The position numbers and the translations under genes are program-made. From positions 1-38,456 of the forward strand of contig JAWOCD010000042.1 in assembly GCA_046483985.1 (NCBI GenBank): DNA of 38,456 nt, given 5' to 3'. The DNA is from Promethearchaeia archaeon (GTDB taxonomy: Archaea > Asgardarchaeota > Lokiarchaeia > Sigyniarchaeales > SOKP01). Shown in pieces: positions 29,698-38,363 of this stretch; the first letter of the stretch is position 1, and each line of letters starts with the position of its first letter. The notes under the pieces were generated by a model. That model worked only from the letters and a program-made list of their open reading frames with translations. It was not told the DNA's origin and did not search any database.

Positions 29698-30953
29698 ATG
29701 GAAGTGATTAAGATTACAAAAAAGCAAACTGATTTCACTACAAAATATATTATTGAAGCGCGATTCAAAATAAAAGGAGTGGTTGAAAAAAGCGATATTG
29801 TAGGGGCTATATTCGGCCAAAGATAAAAAAGATTTTGCCATATCGGCAGATCGGCTAAACGGAAGGTCTACTTTTAGATCTCGATTTGAGGGATCTCCAA
29901 AAATCGGGAAGGATCGGACGAATAGAAGTAGAAAATAAATCCAAAGGGGGAATCTCACAAGGAACAATAAAGATTCCTAGTAGCCTCACAAGACGCGAAA
30001 CAGCATTACTTGCAGCAACTGTCGAAACAGTCACTAGGGTTGGTCCCTGTGAAGCAGAGATTAAACTGGAGGAAATACGTGACGTTAGAGAGACGAAACG
30101 GAAAAAAATAATTTCGCGTGCCGCGGAATTATTAAAAGAATGGGATCAAAAATCCTTAGATAAGAGTGAAATTGAAGAGAAAATAGACGAAGATATTAAG
30201 TTAGGAGAAATCATCACATGGGGTCCAGAAGATTTACCTGCTGGTCCAGAAATAAACGAAAGTAAAGAAATTATTATCGTAGAAGGAAGAGCAGATGTAT
30301 TGAATTTACTCCGTATCGGCGTAAAAAACAGCGTTGCTGTGCAAGGTACTCATATACCTGAATCAATTAAAAAATTGATGAAGAAGAGTAAACCAAAAAG
30401 AACGATAACTGCATTTCTCGATGGAGACCGAGGAGGAACCTTGATCCTAAAAGAAGTTATGCAAGTTGGGAGATTAGATTATGTTGCACGGGCACCAGAG
30501 GGATATGAAGTCGAGGAATTAACCCGAAAACAGATGATCAAAGAATTACAAAACAAGCAACCCGTAGAAGAAATCGGAAAATTACCAGAAGATATCAGTG
30601 CTGAGGAAAAGGAGAAGCCGGTGAGAGAAAAAAGGGAGTTATCCAAATTGGAGAAATTGCTCATAGACCTTAATGCGGGTGACCCGTCAATAATTGTTAA
30701 GGCAATTGAGGATATTGAACCGGGAATGGCAAAGGGGTTTGATTATAATCTTGAAGAACTCTTTTCAATGAAAGTACGGGAGTTATTCGAAGAAATTCGA
30801 AACTATGAGAAGACAAAATTTCTCATTTTTTATGGCATTCTCTCAGAACGTCTGCTTTCACTCACATTAAATTTGGATGTTGAATTTATCGCGTGCAAGA
30901 ATAAAGAAGAAGATTTGAAGATTCCACGCCATATTCACGTTCATTTCTTCTGA
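29698..30953 (+). CDS. dnaG: Archaeal DnaG (TOPRIM; exosome-associated), join(29698..29820,29859..30953), interrupted by a putative 38-nt intron
   Basis: Exon 1 ends KYIIEARFKIKGVVEKSDIVGAIFGQ; exon 2 starts TEGLLLDLDLRDLQKSGRIGRIEV. TOPRIM motifs IIVEGRADV and FLDGDRGG are intact. Confidence 0.92.
29821..29858 (+). other. Putative bulge-helix-bulge mRNA intron in dnaG
   Basis: 38-nt insert with in-frame TAA; GGCC/GGCT 4-bp helix, each strand followed by an AAA bulge; removal restores GQTE. Confidence 0.75.
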
Positions 30954-30994
30954 AATTTTTTATTTTCTTTTTTTTTAGTTTTCATATTTTTGTT

Positions 30995-31423
30995 TTATTG
31001 TTTTTTCCATTCCACATTTACATCAAGGGGTATCCCTTGTCTAATTGAATTGGAAAGAACGCAATATTTTTGAAATTCACGGATACTCTGTTTGATCTTT
31101 TTCTCATCATAGGCATCTTTCGGAATAAAGTCAATATGTCCTTCGATTTTCTCGAATTGTAATAAATTTTCTCTATCTTCCCGATGCGTCAATTCCCCGT
31201 CTATTGTAATCGATATATCTTGAACCTCAATTCCATTTTTCTGACAGGAAAAGGCGAATGTACTTCCCATACACCCCCCTATCCCGAGAAGAAAGTATTC
31301 CACAGGGGATGGTCCCTTATTAGTCCCATGAAAACTCTCGGGTTCGTCCATATGAATATGTGTAAACTCTCGTGCGGAGCCGAGAAAGTGGAGATTTTCC
31401 GAATGTTTAATATGTACTTTCAT
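30995..31423 (-). CDS. OsmC-family protein
   Basis: MDEPESFHGTNKGPSPVEYFLLGIGGC...YCVLSNSI. Confidence 0.88.
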   Translation of the reverse strand: MKVHIKHSENLHFLGSAREFTHIHMDEPESFHGTNKGPSPVEYFLLGIGGCMGSTFAFSCQKNGIEVQDISITIDGELTHREDRENLLQFEKIEGHIDFIPKDAYDEKKIKQSIREFQKYCVLSNSIRQGIPLDVNVEWKKQ

Positions 31424-31625
31424 ATATTTAAATGAGTGTTTTTTTACATATAAGATTTAAATATTCTCAAATTCTTCAATTTCTAATATCTCTAAAAGAA
31501 TCTTCTTAATTCATTTCCATGCTTTTTAGTCATTTAGGGTGTAGATCCACTCTCAAATAAGAATTTAATAGAAAAAATAAATATATGATGAATATAAATC
31601 CTAACAGGAAGTTGGGGAAATTGCT

Positions 31626-31874
31626 CTAATCACCTAACGGTAAGGCTACAGAAAAAATCAACTGAATTACATAACTAAGCGCGCCTAATATGGCTAATCC
31701 AATTGCGCATATTTTAAAAACGAGAAAATATTCTTCCCGATCGGGTTTATTCGCAATCTTTAAGACCCTTTTTACCCCTCGAATGAATTTCTTAATTTTT
31801 TCGTAGAGAGTTTCTCCTTGTTGTGTCTGAGACTTCGATTTATACTTTGCATACTTCGGGTATTCGTTTGACAT
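31626..31874 (-). CDS. secE: Protein translocase SecE/Sec61-gamma
   Basis: RVLKIANKPDREEY plus C-terminal TM helix. Confidence 0.9.
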   Translation of the reverse strand: MSNEYPKYAKYKSKSQTQQGETLYEKIKKFIRGVKRVLKIANKPDREEYFLVFKICAIGLAILGALSYVIQLIFSVALPLGD

Positions 31875-31915
31875 CTTGTTATATTAACCCATAATTCAAT
31901 TTAAGATTTATTGTA

Positions 31916-32818
31916 TTAATCTTCTATTTCCAAGATTTTTGAGACAAAATAATCGGGCTCAAAATCCTTCAGATCATCATAACCTTGACCTACTCCCACA
32001 AAGATGATCGGCTTGCGAGTTTCATGAGCGATGGATAAAGCTGCCCCTCCCTTAGAATCTGCATCTAATTTGGTTAAAATATTGGCATCAATTCCCACAT
32101 TTTTTTGGAATTCCTTGGCTTGGTGGAGGGCATCATTTCCGGCTAAGGAATCTCCTATAAACACCCGTAAATCTGGTTCGGCTATTCTCATAATTTTTTC
32201 TAGTTCAACCATGAGGTTCTTATCCGTCACTTGTCTTCCAGCGGTATCAACTAACACTACGTCAATATCTTTTGCTTTTGCATGGTCTATTGTATCATAG
32301 GCAACTGATGCTGGATCTGACTTATACTTATGTTTTATTACCCGTACGTTAACATTATTCATATGGTGATTAAGTTGTTCAATTGCCCCAGCTCGAAAAG
32401 TATCTGACGCGGCTGCAACAACGGAAAATCCGTGATCCTTCAGATATTTCGCGATTTTAGCCATTGTGGTTGTTTTTCCCGTGCCATTTACTCCCAAAAA
32501 TACGAGTACATATGGAGCCCCATTTTTTGTTTTATCTTTAATTTCATGGAGCAGTTCAATTTCTTGATCTGGCGTTAGAATTTCTAAGATGACCTCTTCA
32601 AGGACATCATTTAACATATTTGATGTTGATTTTAATCGACCTACTTCTTCACCCTTAACTTCATCGATAATTTTTTCGCATATCTCATCCGCAGTATCCA
32701 CTGCTACATCGTTAGAGTAGAGGATTATTTTTAATTCTTCGAGGGCATCTTCTAACTTCTCCTCTGTTAGAGTTTTCTTGACAAAACTAGAAAACGCGTT
32801 TTTTAATTTGTCGAGCAT
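31916..32818 (-). CDS. ftsY: SRP receptor FtsY
   Basis: GVNGTGKTTT, DTFRAGA, DTAGR, TKLD, GVGQ. Confidence 0.96.
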   Translation of the reverse strand: MLDKLKNAFSSFVKKTLTEEKLEDALEELKIILYSNDVAVDTADEICEKIIDEVKGEEVGRLKSTSNMLNDVLEEVILEILTPDQEIELLHEIKDKTKNGAPYVLVFLGVNGTGKTTTMAKIAKYLKDHGFSVVAAASDTFRAGAIEQLNHHMNNVNVRVIKHKYKSDPASVAYDTIDHAKAKDIDVVLVDTAGRQVTDKNLMVELEKIMRIAEPDLRVFIGDSLAGNDALHQAKEFQKNVGIDANILTKLDADSKGGAALSIAHETRKPIIFVGVGQGYDDLKDFEPDYFVSKILEIED

Positions 32819-32839
32819 TTTTTGATAAAAAAATAGATC

Positions 32840-33304
32840 TTATTCTTTTTGAAGATCTTGTTGTTGAGAGTATGCTTGTCGCTGTCTTTGCATGTTTGCA
32901 GCCTTTGCATACGATTGCTGAAATTGTTGGGAGAGACTCTTCAATTTGGATTCTGTTTCCTCGATTTTTTTTTTCAGATATTCGATTTGCTCTTCGTGAT
33001 TATCAATGAGTTCTTCGATATGTTCTAAAGCCTCATCAGGAGTTTTTTCTATAACAACATCTTGACTGACATATAATAAAACTTTTTCTGGATTGGTTGC
33101 TTTTGCTTTCATTTCTGCTATTCCTCCTATTGGGATTAAGATCTCATCTCCCTCCTGTACCGTTTTGAGGTTCTCAACAGTTTTTTGCGTTTGTTTAATA
33201 CTTGAAAGACTTGCATTCACTAATTCTAACTGTTCAGAAAACATTTCGTTTTGTTCTCTTAAGCGTCGAAACTGCGTAAGTTGTTGACCTTGTGGATTTT
33301 GCAT
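32840..33304 (-). CDS. pfdA: Prefoldin alpha subunit
   Basis: Coiled coils flanking EILIPIGG...KVLLYV...VIEK; conserved position upstream of ftsY. Confidence 0.9.
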   Translation of the reverse strand: MQNPQGQQLTQFRRLREQNEMFSEQLELVNASLSSIKQTQKTVENLKTVQEGDEILIPIGGIAEMKAKATNPEKVLLYVSQDVVIEKTPDEALEHIEELIDNHEEQIEYLKKKIEETESKLKSLSQQFQQSYAKAANMQRQRQAYSQQQDLQKE

Positions 33305-33321
33305 ACTAAATACACTTCCTT

Positions 33322-33570
33322 TTATAATTGAGATAGTTCTCGAATAAGAAGATTTTCAACTTCTTCTGGCTTGATTTCTTTTATATCTTTTATATGAATT
33401 TGTCGTCGGGACAACCCTATTGAACTTACCTCGCAATAGGCTTTTTCAAGAGCATCCTCCTTGTTAAGGGCTCTGCATTCCTTGCGAAATAGATATTTCT
33501 TATGCTTCAAATGGTAGGTTCCTGTTACGCGAAAAATCTTCACTCTAGTTTCAGTTGACAATATATTCAC
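33322..33570 (-). CDS. rpl18a: Ribosomal protein eL20 (LX/L18a)
   Basis: KIFRVTG...FRKECRALNKEDALEKAY...RRQIHI; synteny with eIF6. Confidence 0.88.
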   Translation of the reverse strand: MNILSTETRVKIFRVTGTYHLKHKKYLFRKECRALNKEDALEKAYCEVSSIGLSRRQIHIKDIKEIKPEEVENLLIRELSQL

Positions 33571-33688
33571 ATCTAAATTATTTAAGTTGTTAAATAACTT
33601 ATTTTTTATAATTAACCCAAAAATAATAAATTTTGTATTTATAAAATCTAAAATTTCTTTTCTCGAATAGATTGATTTTTTCTAAATT

Positions 33689-34360
33689 TTACTGAATTTT
33701 TAATACGTTCGTTAATCGCATCATTTCGGGACCCGTAGAATCTTTTCCGAATACACCAGTTTTGTCATTCACAACCGTTCCAGAGTTTAAATAGGGAACT
33801 CCCCGATTCACAGTAGATACATCCGTTTCAACTCGAAGTACAGAGGATATATATTCTATCTCATCATCTCGTGCCAAGGGGTGGACTAAACATCCTTGAT
33901 TATTTGCAATTGCAATGGACCCGGGAAGTAGAGTTCCTGCAAAATTGTAGACTACTGTTTCCACGTTTAATATATCTTCTATCTTTTCTCTCTTTTCTTT
34001 TAATAATGAGCTTATAATCGCTCCTTTATCATTGCAAACAATTAAATTTCCGTACGCATTATCTAATGATTGAATGGTTCCTTGTCTGAACCCGTTTCCT
34101 ACATGGGATTTTAACTTTTCTAACTCGTCATCTCGAATAATCTCGGGAACAATGATGCCATATTTATTCGAGGTAGTGTAGACACCCAACAGATTGGAAT
34201 TATTAATGGTTAAGGGATATAAAGGAACTTGAAACACAGATTTGAGCTTTTTTAAGATTCTCTCTTGTAAATTGGTCGGATATAACACGAATTGATTGTT
34301 TGCCGTTAGATAAACGCCAACCGTGTTTTTACCAAGTATTTCTAATTTTAAGATTGCCAT
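33689..34360 (-). CDS. eif6: Translation initiation factor 6
   Basis: VGVY, GNLIVCNDKGA, ANNQGCLVHP, TVNRG, STGPE. ATG at 34360 preferred. Confidence 0.94.
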   Translation of the reverse strand: MAILKLEILGKNTVGVYLTANNQFVLYPTNLQERILKKLKSVFQVPLYPLTINNSNLLGVYTTSNKYGIIVPEIIRDDELEKLKSHVGNGFRQGTIQSLDNAYGNLIVCNDKGAIISSLLKEKREKIEDILNVETVVYNFAGTLLPGSIAIANNQGCLVHPLARDDEIEYISSVLRVETDVSTVNRGVPYLNSGTVVNDKTGVFGKDSTGPEMMRLTNVLKIQ

Positions 34361-34433
34361 GAATTTCGGAAGAGAACCTTTATGTATTTTTATAAAGTAA
34401 AAAAAGATTGGATAGACCAATAAGTTAGTTTTA

Positions 34434-34901
34434 TTATGCTAAATATAGTACAACCAAGCCTTCAGTATTTTTAGTGGCCCGAATTTTCAATCTTCTAGGT
34501 GGCTTCTCGATACCTCTTGACCATATCTTTTCATTGACCTCTTGGGAGACCACTAATGCTTCAGGTTTGAAATGTCGCTCAAAAAAGTCTTTTAAATAGA
34601 CCATTGCCTTTTTTGCGCGCCGACTACGCGATCCCTTAAATCCCTTCGCTAAAGGAACAGTATAAATCCGTTCATCGATAATTTCTTCTTCTGGAATATA
34701 TTCTTCTTCATATTCCTCTTCGATGAGTCCTTCCTCAGCTTCGAAGACTTCGCCGATTTCCTCCTCCTCTGATACTTCTTCTTCAAGAGAAAATTCGGGG
34801 ATTTCTTTTATCTCTTCCTCTTCAAATTCTTCTTCAATTTCCTCTTCTAATTCATCTTCAAGATCATCTAAACTAACTTCTTTTTCTTTCTTTTTTGCCA
34901 T
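34434..34901 (-). CDS. rpl31e: Ribosomal protein eL31 with long acidic N-terminal extension
   Basis: ERIYTVPL...RRAKKA...VNEKIWSRGIEKPPRRLKI. Confidence 0.93.
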   Translation of the reverse strand: MAKKKEKEVSLDDLEDELEEEIEEEFEEEEIKEIPEFSLEEEVSEEEEIGEVFEAEEGLIEEEYEEEYIPEEEIIDERIYTVPLAKGFKGSRSRRAKKAMVYLKDFFERHFKPEALVVSQEVNEKIWSRGIEKPPRRLKIRATKNTEGLVVLYLA

Positions 34902-34925
34902 AACGATTTAACTACCTTTACTGTG

Positions 34926-35087
34926 TTAATCCTTCTTTAATTTTCGATTACGCCACTCTCTACGGGTATAGGGAGATGTCCGCACTTCTCCGTCTGTTTT
35001 CATAATGATCCAACTTGGAATTGTTTTGCTTTGTTTAAGCTTTTTTCCTCTTCTTCGCTTGGAGGCTACATCTTTATTTCGTGCCAT
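34926..35087 (-). CDS. rpl39e: Ribosomal protein eL39 (53 aa; missed by the ORF track)
   Basis: MARNKDVASKRRRGKKLKQSKTIPSWIIMKTDGEVRTSPYTRREWRNRKLKKD; located between PDCD5 and eL31. Confidence 0.92.
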   Translation of the reverse strand: MARNKDVASKRRRGKKLKQSKTIPSWIIMKTDGEVRTSPYTRREWRNRKLKKD

Positions 35088-35145
35088 TTTTAATAACCTA
35101 ATTTAAATAATTTTCTTGTAATTAATAAATTTACTAAATATTTTT

Positions 35146-35493
35146 CTAAAATTTCTTTATTTTAAAATCCGTCTTCTTCTGTTTCTTCTGCAACTGCTTC
35201 AGTAACTTCTTAAATTTTTTGTCCGATAAAGGGGCAGAACCGCGCAATTTACCCATTTTATACAACTGAAGTAACTGCATCTCAATTTGCTGGGCAAATT
35301 GGGGTTTCACCATCCGAATATTCTCTAATCGTTGTCGTCCTTTCTGTGAAAGAATTTTTCGCATCATTTGGAACTTCTTACTTTCTAACTCTTGTTGTCG
35401 TTGTTTGGATGACTGTTGCTGAGCGGCTTGTTGTTTTAATTGCTCTAATTTCTTTTGTCTAATCTCTTGAAGCTTTTTTTCTTTCTCACTCAT
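35146..35493 (-). CDS. PDCD5-like DNA-binding protein
   Basis: LQEIRQKKLEQL...ILSQKGRQRLENIRMVKPQFAQQIEMQL. Confidence 0.9.
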   Translation of the reverse strand: MSEKEKKLQEIRQKKLEQLKQQAAQQQSSKQRQQELESKKFQMMRKILSQKGRQRLENIRMVKPQFAQQIEMQLLQLYKMGKLRGSAPLSDKKFKKLLKQLQKKQKKTDFKIKKF

Positions 35494-35538
35494 ATTTTCT
35501 CTCACTCGAAGGTATTTTTAAACTATTTTAGTTTAATT

Positions 35539-35961
35539 TTATTGAGATCTTTTTATTGAGTAGGCAGTTCTTTCTATAAGACTCACTCCTTCTGGAGTGC
35601 AGACTCGTCCTTGACTTGGTAATAATTCTACTAAATCTGCATCCCCTAATTGCTGAAGCCCTACTCGTATAATCTTTCCTGAGCCTTTTGCTTTATGTTT
35701 AAGCCCACGTTTATCTTTTGTTTTGCCGCCGTATTGTTTGCGCAATCGATTCACACCAATAGGGCCGAACTTTTTAACCTTCCGTAATAAGGATGCACAG
35801 CGAACATACCAGAAATTTTCTGAGTCTATAGGGGCTAATTCTTTAAAATACGCTGTTTTCCAGAATTGACTTCCCTCTGGTGGTTCGATTTCAGGATATT
35901 CCTTTAATATCTCCGCCATTTCATTGATCAATAAATTTGGTCTTACCGAGTAAATTGACAT
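35539..35961 (-). CDS. rps19e: Ribosomal protein eS19
   Basis: KELAP..ENFWYVRCASLLRK, GVNRLRKQYGG, GSGKIIR. Confidence 0.95.
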   Translation of the reverse strand: MSIYSVRPNLLINEMAEILKEYPEIEPPEGSQFWKTAYFKELAPIDSENFWYVRCASLLRKVKKFGPIGVNRLRKQYGGKTKDKRGLKHKAKGSGKIIRVGLQQLGDADLVELLPSQGRVCTPEGVSLIERTAYSIKRSQ

Positions 35962-36053
35962 TTTTTTGCTAAATTCTTTATTTCTTCATTCTTTAATATA
36001 TATAAATTTAAAGTAGGATAAATTAAAAATTTTTTCTATTAAGGATTTCTAAG

Positions 36054-36323
36054 ATGTCTTCTAAAGAAGATTTTAAGAATGTACTTCTTTCAAAACCGCA
36101 CTGTAATATCGGAAAATTAGGTATTACTGAAGATATGATAAATCATATTGAACAATTACTTAAGGATCATAAAATCATTAAAGTGAAAGTCCTAAAATCC
36201 TTTGCCTATGATAAAGATATTGATAACATTTCGGAAAAAGTTGCGAGAAAAAGCGATGCCTATTTGCAAGATGTACGCGGAAAAACATTTATCTTATCGA
36301 AAAAGAGAATAAAAGACCTCTAA
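36054..36323 (+). CDS. yhbY: YhbY/CRM RNA-binding protein
   Basis: NIGKLGITE...LKDHKIIKVKVL...VRGKTFIL. Confidence 0.85.
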   Translation: MSSKEDFKNVLLSKPHCNIGKLGITEDMINHIEQLLKDHKIIKVKVLKSFAYDKDIDNISEKVARKSDAYLQDVRGKTFILSKKRIKDL

Positions 36324-36359
36324 GACTTTAATAAAAAATCAATTCTTCTTTGAGGCTCT

Positions 36360-36719
36360 ATGAACAGATATAACAAAAAGAACCGGATTATTAGGAAAAT
36401 TGCCAGAAAACGAATGAAGTTTTTATTTGAGCTGGCGGCGGAAACCATTGTCGAGAACCGGTATTTAGCAAATCGATATGCATATTTGGCACAGCGATAC
36501 GCACAAAAAGCCAAAATACGGGTCCCTACTAGATGGAAACGCTTGATTTGTCATAATTGTAAATCTTTTTTAAGTCCTGGCGTGAATTGCCGATATCGGT
36601 TGCAATCGAGAAAAGGGAAAGGGTCCCACATATCCATGACTTGCTTGGAGTGTGGTGAAATCACCCGGTACCATATAAAAGCCAAAAAGACGAAAAATAA
36701 AAGTAATAAAAATAACTAA
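36360..36719 (+). CDS. rnp4: RNase P protein component 4 (Rpp21)
   Basis: IARKRMKFLF, LANRY, KRLICHNC, TCLECG. Confidence 0.92.
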   Translation: MNRYNKKNRIIRKIARKRMKFLFELAAETIVENRYLANRYAYLAQRYAQKAKIRVPTRWKRLICHNCKSFLSPGVNCRYRLQSRKGKGSHISMTCLECGEITRYHIKAKKTKNKSNKNN

Positions 36720-36750
36720 TATATAAGTAAAAATTTATGGTTATCCAAAC

Positions 36751-37425
36751 ATGCCTTTAATTCTCTTATTGGTTGAATGCAGTCTCGAAATAATTCCGCG
36801 CAAAATCAGAAGCCATCCCGCAGTGCAAAGGAATTTAAATGATAAAAATTACATGTCTCAACTTCTTGATAATGCACTTCACCATTCAGCCATGAGCAAT
36901 TTAAAGAACCGCCAGAAAAGAGGAAGACCTGATATAACACACCTATGTCTATTAAATGCCTTAGGCTCTACGCTTAATAAAAGCGGTAATTTGCGTATTT
37001 TTATCCATACCTATCGTGGAAAAATTTTTGAAGTTAGCCCAGAGGTCAGAATTGCACGAAACTTCAACAGATTTAAAGGATTAATCGCGAAATTATTAAT
37101 TGATGGAGAGATTCGGATTAAAAATGGGTTTTTATTTAAGCGTTTCCGAGGAAGTCTAGAGAAATTGATTCAATCATTTAAAGACCCAAAAGTGTCTTTG
37201 CTTACAGAGACGGGTCAACAAATTGAGCATCCGTTAGAATTTTATGACTCGAATTTAGAAAAAAATCAAATTCTCTTCATTGGAGGCTTTCAAAAGGACA
37301 AATTTTCCGAGAAAATCCTTCAATTAAGTAGGAATCACATCTCTATTTCTCAATATAGCTTAGATGCGTGGGTAGCCGTGAATAAAATGATTACTTATTA
37401 TGAACTTACATTTAATATCTATTGA
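36751..37425 (+). CDS. nep1: rRNA small subunit methyltransferase Nep1/Emg1
   Basis: LLDNALH, RGRPDITHLCLL, RIARNFNRFKGL, IGGF. Confidence 0.92.
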   Translation: MPLILLLVECSLEIIPRKIRSHPAVQRNLNDKNYMSQLLDNALHHSAMSNLKNRQKRGRPDITHLCLLNALGSTLNKSGNLRIFIHTYRGKIFEVSPEVRIARNFNRFKGLIAKLLIDGEIRIKNGFLFKRFRGSLEKLIQSFKDPKVSLLTETGQQIEHPLEFYDSNLEKNQILFIGGFQKDKFSEKILQLSRNHISISQYSLDAWVAVNKMITYYELTFNIY

Positions 37426-37521
37426 GACGTTTGAATAATTGAAATGGAGATTTTTAAAAATCCAAAAAACTTCTCGTATTTTTTGAATCTACAAATCTCT
37501 TAAAAAAAAGATGGAATAGAA

Positions 37522-37592
37522 TGCAGCAACCGGGGATTGAACCCGGGTCTCTGGCTTGGAAGGCCAGAATCCTACCGCTAGACAATTGCTGC
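37522..37592 (-). tRNA. tRNA-Gly(TCC), intronless
   Basis: GCAGCAATTGTCTAGCGGTAGGATTCTGGCCTTCCAAGCCAGAGACCCGGGTTCAATCCCCGGTTGCTGCA folds as a cloverleaf with anticodon TCC; CCA not encoded. Confidence 0.96.
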
Positions 37593-37803
37593 TTTCTAAC
37601 GATCAATGCCAAGAATATTTTATAACTTTTGTATTGAGAAATATTAAGATCTAAAAATTACCATTTTTTTTTAACTTTGGTATTCCTTAATCGTTGTACA
37701 TCTTATCAATAATCCATTTCAAAAAGTCTAATTAATATAAGAATCTATGAATTTTAATTTCGTATAATCCCAAAAAATAAATGTATGAATTTTATTATTT
37801 GTA

Positions 37804-37874
37804 TGAAAAAAACGCCCCTATTACATCAACCATTTAATTATCCCCTCTAATAATTTAGTAGGGCGTTTTTTTCA
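37804..37874. repeat. Imperfect ~16-bp inverted repeat
   Basis: TGAAAAAAACGCCCCTA ... TAGGGCGTTTTTTTCA with a ~38-nt spacer. Confidence 0.6.
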
Positions 37875-38089
37875 CCTACTAAAGAGTTTTATCTATTTCT
37901 AAATGATTTGTAATTTCAGTAAATAGATATATTTCTTTGATTACTACAGACATCTTGGATTCGCTAATAATGGTAAAAAAGTAATCAGTAAGTCGTATTC
38001 CATAAAGAAAAACGGTTAAATACTCCAAAAATCCCAGTTATATCAACATGTTAATTTCTAAAAGCATTGTATTTCTTAATTAACGATCT

Positions 38090-38131
38090 GCGAAAGAAGT
38101 CCCCATCCCTTTAGGGAGGGGATGAATTTCG
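38090..38131 (+). mobile_element. IS200/IS605 left-end hairpin
   Basis: CGAAAGAAG-TCCCCATCCCT-TT-AGGGAGGGGA-TGAATTTCG; same architecture as the mini-element left end; lies upstream of a tnpA fragment. Confidence 0.75.
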
Positions 38132-38192
38132 TATTTATACGAACATTTTTATATTTGGTTTTTGGTATTATCTTAGTAACCAAGTGAATAGA

Positions 38193-38363
38193 ATGGGATA
38201 CGAACTTGATAAAGGTGCTCATTCGGTGTATTCATTAAACTACCATTATATCTGTTGTGTAAAATCTCGAAGAAAGATATTCCATACCGATGAAATAATC
38301 AATAGATTAAAAGAAATTAATATATCGTTAGCGGAAAAAAATGATATTAAAATGGATTTTTAA
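38193..38363 (+). pseudogene. tnpA: Truncated IS200-family Y1 transposase TnpA (56 aa)
   Basis: MGYELDKGAHSVYSLNYHYICCVKSRRKIF matches the TnpA N-terminus; stops before the HUH motif. Confidence 0.85.

Noticed and set aside
29821-29858. Programmed frameshift or single-base sequencing error as the cause of the dnaG break
   Set aside because: The break is 38 extra nucleotides inside a conserved motif, with a stop two codons in; a simple slip or 1-nt indel would not restore GQTEG.
311-36514. Numerous 60-113 aa antisense or overlapping ORFs in the track
   Set aside because: They are shadows of well-supported genes and carry no motifs.
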